Shown here piece after piece: positions 61,576-64,000 of a DNA stretch of 64,000 nucleotides. The notes beneath the pieces are model-generated. The model was not told where the DNA came from. It worked only from the letters and a program-made list of their open reading frames with translations, and made no database searches. The stretch lies in assembly GCF_001194135.2 (NCBI RefSeq), contig NC_068986.1:22570980-22634979 (forward strand), written 5' to 3'. Made by a program: the position numbers and the translations under genes. Numbering within the stretch: the first letter of the stretch is position 1; each line of letters opens with the position of its first letter. Source of the stretch: Octopus bimaculoides (lineage: Eukaryota).

Positions 61576-62490
61576 CATGACAAATTTTATATATACTCTA
61601 CTTGGTTGACCAGGGAGATTTTTATCACTTTCGTCTCCACAACAACTACATAAAAACTTATATTTTAATATTTTTTCTTTTTATGTTTTTTAATCCCATT
61701 TTCAGACACTTACCTACAAAGTCATTCCCATTTATTATTAGTTCATTAGTTTTTTCCTCATTTTTCTTCACACTCATACACAAGTGTGTGTCTATGTATG
61801 GATAAATTTATTAATGTTTGAAGATTCATTGAAAAGATTAAAAAAAAAAAAAGCTAAGCTGTTGCTGGCTTAGCCTTGGGAATAAATGTTATTATCACTT
61901 ACAGTTTAACTAATTTAATTGCGTATTAGCATAGAAAACCTGCTTTGTATAATTAATATGATTCTACTTGAACTCTGTATGTCATCAAAAGCAAAGCCTG
62001 TAACATTAGTTTAAAGAATGGAAAGCTAAGATAAAAAGTTGTTTTCTGTCAGGTTAGTGCCAGAAAAGTATATGAGCTTTATTTATTAAAGTAAATATGA
62101 AAAATATTAGTAAAGCTAATAATGAGTGTTACCATTTTTTTTTGTCTGATTTATATCATTTATTAGATATATTCTACACCTGTAGGTGATTTAAAGTTAA
62201 AGCAGATCAGATCTCTAACTAAATATGCTTATATGTTAAGGTGGTGTCAGTTTTAGTGGTTGGGTGTGTTGTCACCATTTTCATTTGTAAATATAATCAA
62301 GAGAGCTTAATAAATTATGACATTGTAGAGCACAATCTCTAACAATTTGTTACTAGTTCTCAAAATTGGATAGGATTTTGTGCTGTAAGAAGAGAGCCCT
62401 AACATTTCAGGCTTGATTTTTTTTTTTTGCTCTTACAATGAAAGGGCTCAGCTCAAAGTGTCTGAATTCATTTCTCTTCACAACATCCAG

Positions 62491-62533
62491 ACTTGTGTTT
62501 CATGAACGTCAAAACTGTTTATGCTGGTGTAGG
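62491..62533 (+). other. Candidate exon (43 nt)
   Basis: ttcatttctcttcacaacatccag|...GTAGG|gtaagc; two frames open; no homology recognised. Confidence 0.25.
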
Positions 62534-63205
62534 GTAAGCTGATTGCAAGATTTTTAAAATTCTATTTTCAATTAGCAAAGCGTTTAATGTTATATTATCT
62601 TTTTACTAAATTAGTGGTTTCATACCTTTGCAATGGGGAGAATCAAGACTCGGTGGGTGTATTTTATGACTGCTATTTATTCTAACATACACAAAGATAA
62701 GACCCCTTCAGATTTGTTGTCAGACATACCTTGTACATGCTATTGAACAATTGAACATTGTAATCTCTTATCATGAATGAAAGGTGAAGATTACTGCTTT
62801 GGTAGGCCATATGAATTGAAGTTTTAATGTTATGGATTGACTTTGTACATTTTATACAAGAGTAAACGTTTGAAATTTTGTTGCAGAATGATTCAGTATG
62901 CACTCAATCAAAGCACTTATTGAATTTTATGAAAATTGTCATTGCTAATTTTGTTTTTCACAACACATTCATTTCCCTTTAATCCCTGGTTCTTGTTTTG
63001 ATTCAGTATCTGTGCAGAGAAGCAGTATTCAGTGCAAAGTAGCCAGTATTGATTGCTCTTTTCTCAAACACCTGATTTTTTAATTAACTTGAGATTTCCA
63101 AATTCTGAAGAGAACTTATACACGAGAATTGTGTTGGACAAATTTGGTGGAGCAATTTGCATTCCATTCATAGAATGTTTACATATCAAAAAAAATTCCT
63201 TCATT

Positions 63206-63460
63206 GTGGAGGCCCATGGCTTAGTGGTTAGGGTGTTGGGTGCATGATTGCAAGATCGTGGCTTTGATTCCTAGATTAGGCGACCCATTGTGTTCTTGAG
63301 CAAAACACTTAAATTCCTGTTACTCCAGTCCACTCAGCTGACAAAGATGAGTAATCCTGCAATGGACCAGTGTCCCATCCAGGTGAGGAATTTATATGCC
63401 ATGGAAACTGGGAAACCGGCCCTTGTGAGTCAGCATGACTCAAAAAGGTAACTTTACCTT
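63206..63460 (+). mobile_element. tRNA-derived SINE family B variant
   Basis: gtggaggcccatggcttagtggttagggtg...tttgattcctag...ttcttgagcaaaacactt...ctccagtccactcagctg. Confidence 0.8.
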
Positions 63461-63586
63461 CTACTTTACTCCTCCATTGTTGAAGAGTTCACAGCTCATG
63501 GTCAAGAAAGAAGATTGTTAAATCATTGGCTGACAGTTCTTGCCTCATTGATTCTTGAAAGGTTAGCAAATATATATGTGTGTGTG

Positions 63587-63624
<38 letters not shown>

Positions 63625-63625
<1 letters not shown>

Positions 63626-64000
63626 TTCTCTTCACTCCTACTTCTCTTCCTACTTCTTTTCATTCCTACTTCTCTTCCTACTTCTCTTCATTCCTTCTTC
63701 TCTCCACTCCTACTTCTCTTCCCACTTCTCTTCCTACTTCTCTTCACTCCTACTTCTCTTCACTCCAACTTCTCTTCCTACTTCTCTTCACTCCCACTTC
63801 TCTTCACCCCTACTCTTTCTCTCCTCTCTCTTATTCTCTCCTCTCTTATTCTCTCCTCTCTCTTACTCTCTCTCACTCTCTTCTCTCGTACTCCCCCCTC
63901 TCTCACTCTTACTCTCTACACTCTTACTCTCTTACTCTCTCACCTTTACTCTCTCACTCTCTTCTCTCTCTCTCACTCTTACTCTCTACATTCTTACTCT
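63625..64000 (+). repeat. Pyrimidine-rich compound minisatellite (16-mer cttctcttcactccta / 12-mer cttctcttccta, then ctctta-type units); runs off the window
   Basis: Units readable directly; almost no G on the plus strand. Confidence 0.95.

Noticed and set aside
1-64000. CRISPR arrays, rRNA, operons or other prokaryotic systems
   Set aside because: No regularly spaced repeat-spacer arrays or rRNA-like sequence; the DNA is clearly eukaryotic and repeat-rich.

Overview
AT-rich eukaryotic genomic DNA with six N-gaps. The repeat families look like those of a coleoid cephalopod, most likely Octopus; this is recognition from memory, not a search. Only one protein-coding exon can be identified with confidence: the first coding exon of NOB1 (18S rRNA-processing PIN endonuclease) at 194-277 on the minus strand, which is missing from the ORF track. 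It has an ETS+CRE promoter core just upstream. The first ~4.9 kb keeps its CpGs and holds a second promoter-like island bracketed by a 204-bp direct repeat. The other ~59 kb is CpG-depleted and behaves like the long introns of an unidentified plus-strand gene. It is packed with tRNA-derived SINEs, RTE/L1-Tx1/CR1 LINE remnants, a decayed Gypsy element, TTAA- and hAT-type MITEs, a Helentron-type HINE and microsatellites. No rRNA, tRNA, CRISPR array or intact transposase/RT ORF is visible, and the long ORFs in the track are gap, microsatellite or TE artefacts. The most interesting leads, all inferential, are plus-strand AG|GT recursive-splice-like sites, candidate phase-1 microexons, exon-like segments broken only by TGA, inverted SINE pairs that could form ADAR substrates, and a DNA element carrying back-to-back telomeric repeats nested in a SINE. 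I could not name the plus-strand gene, and I do not claim a new biological system.
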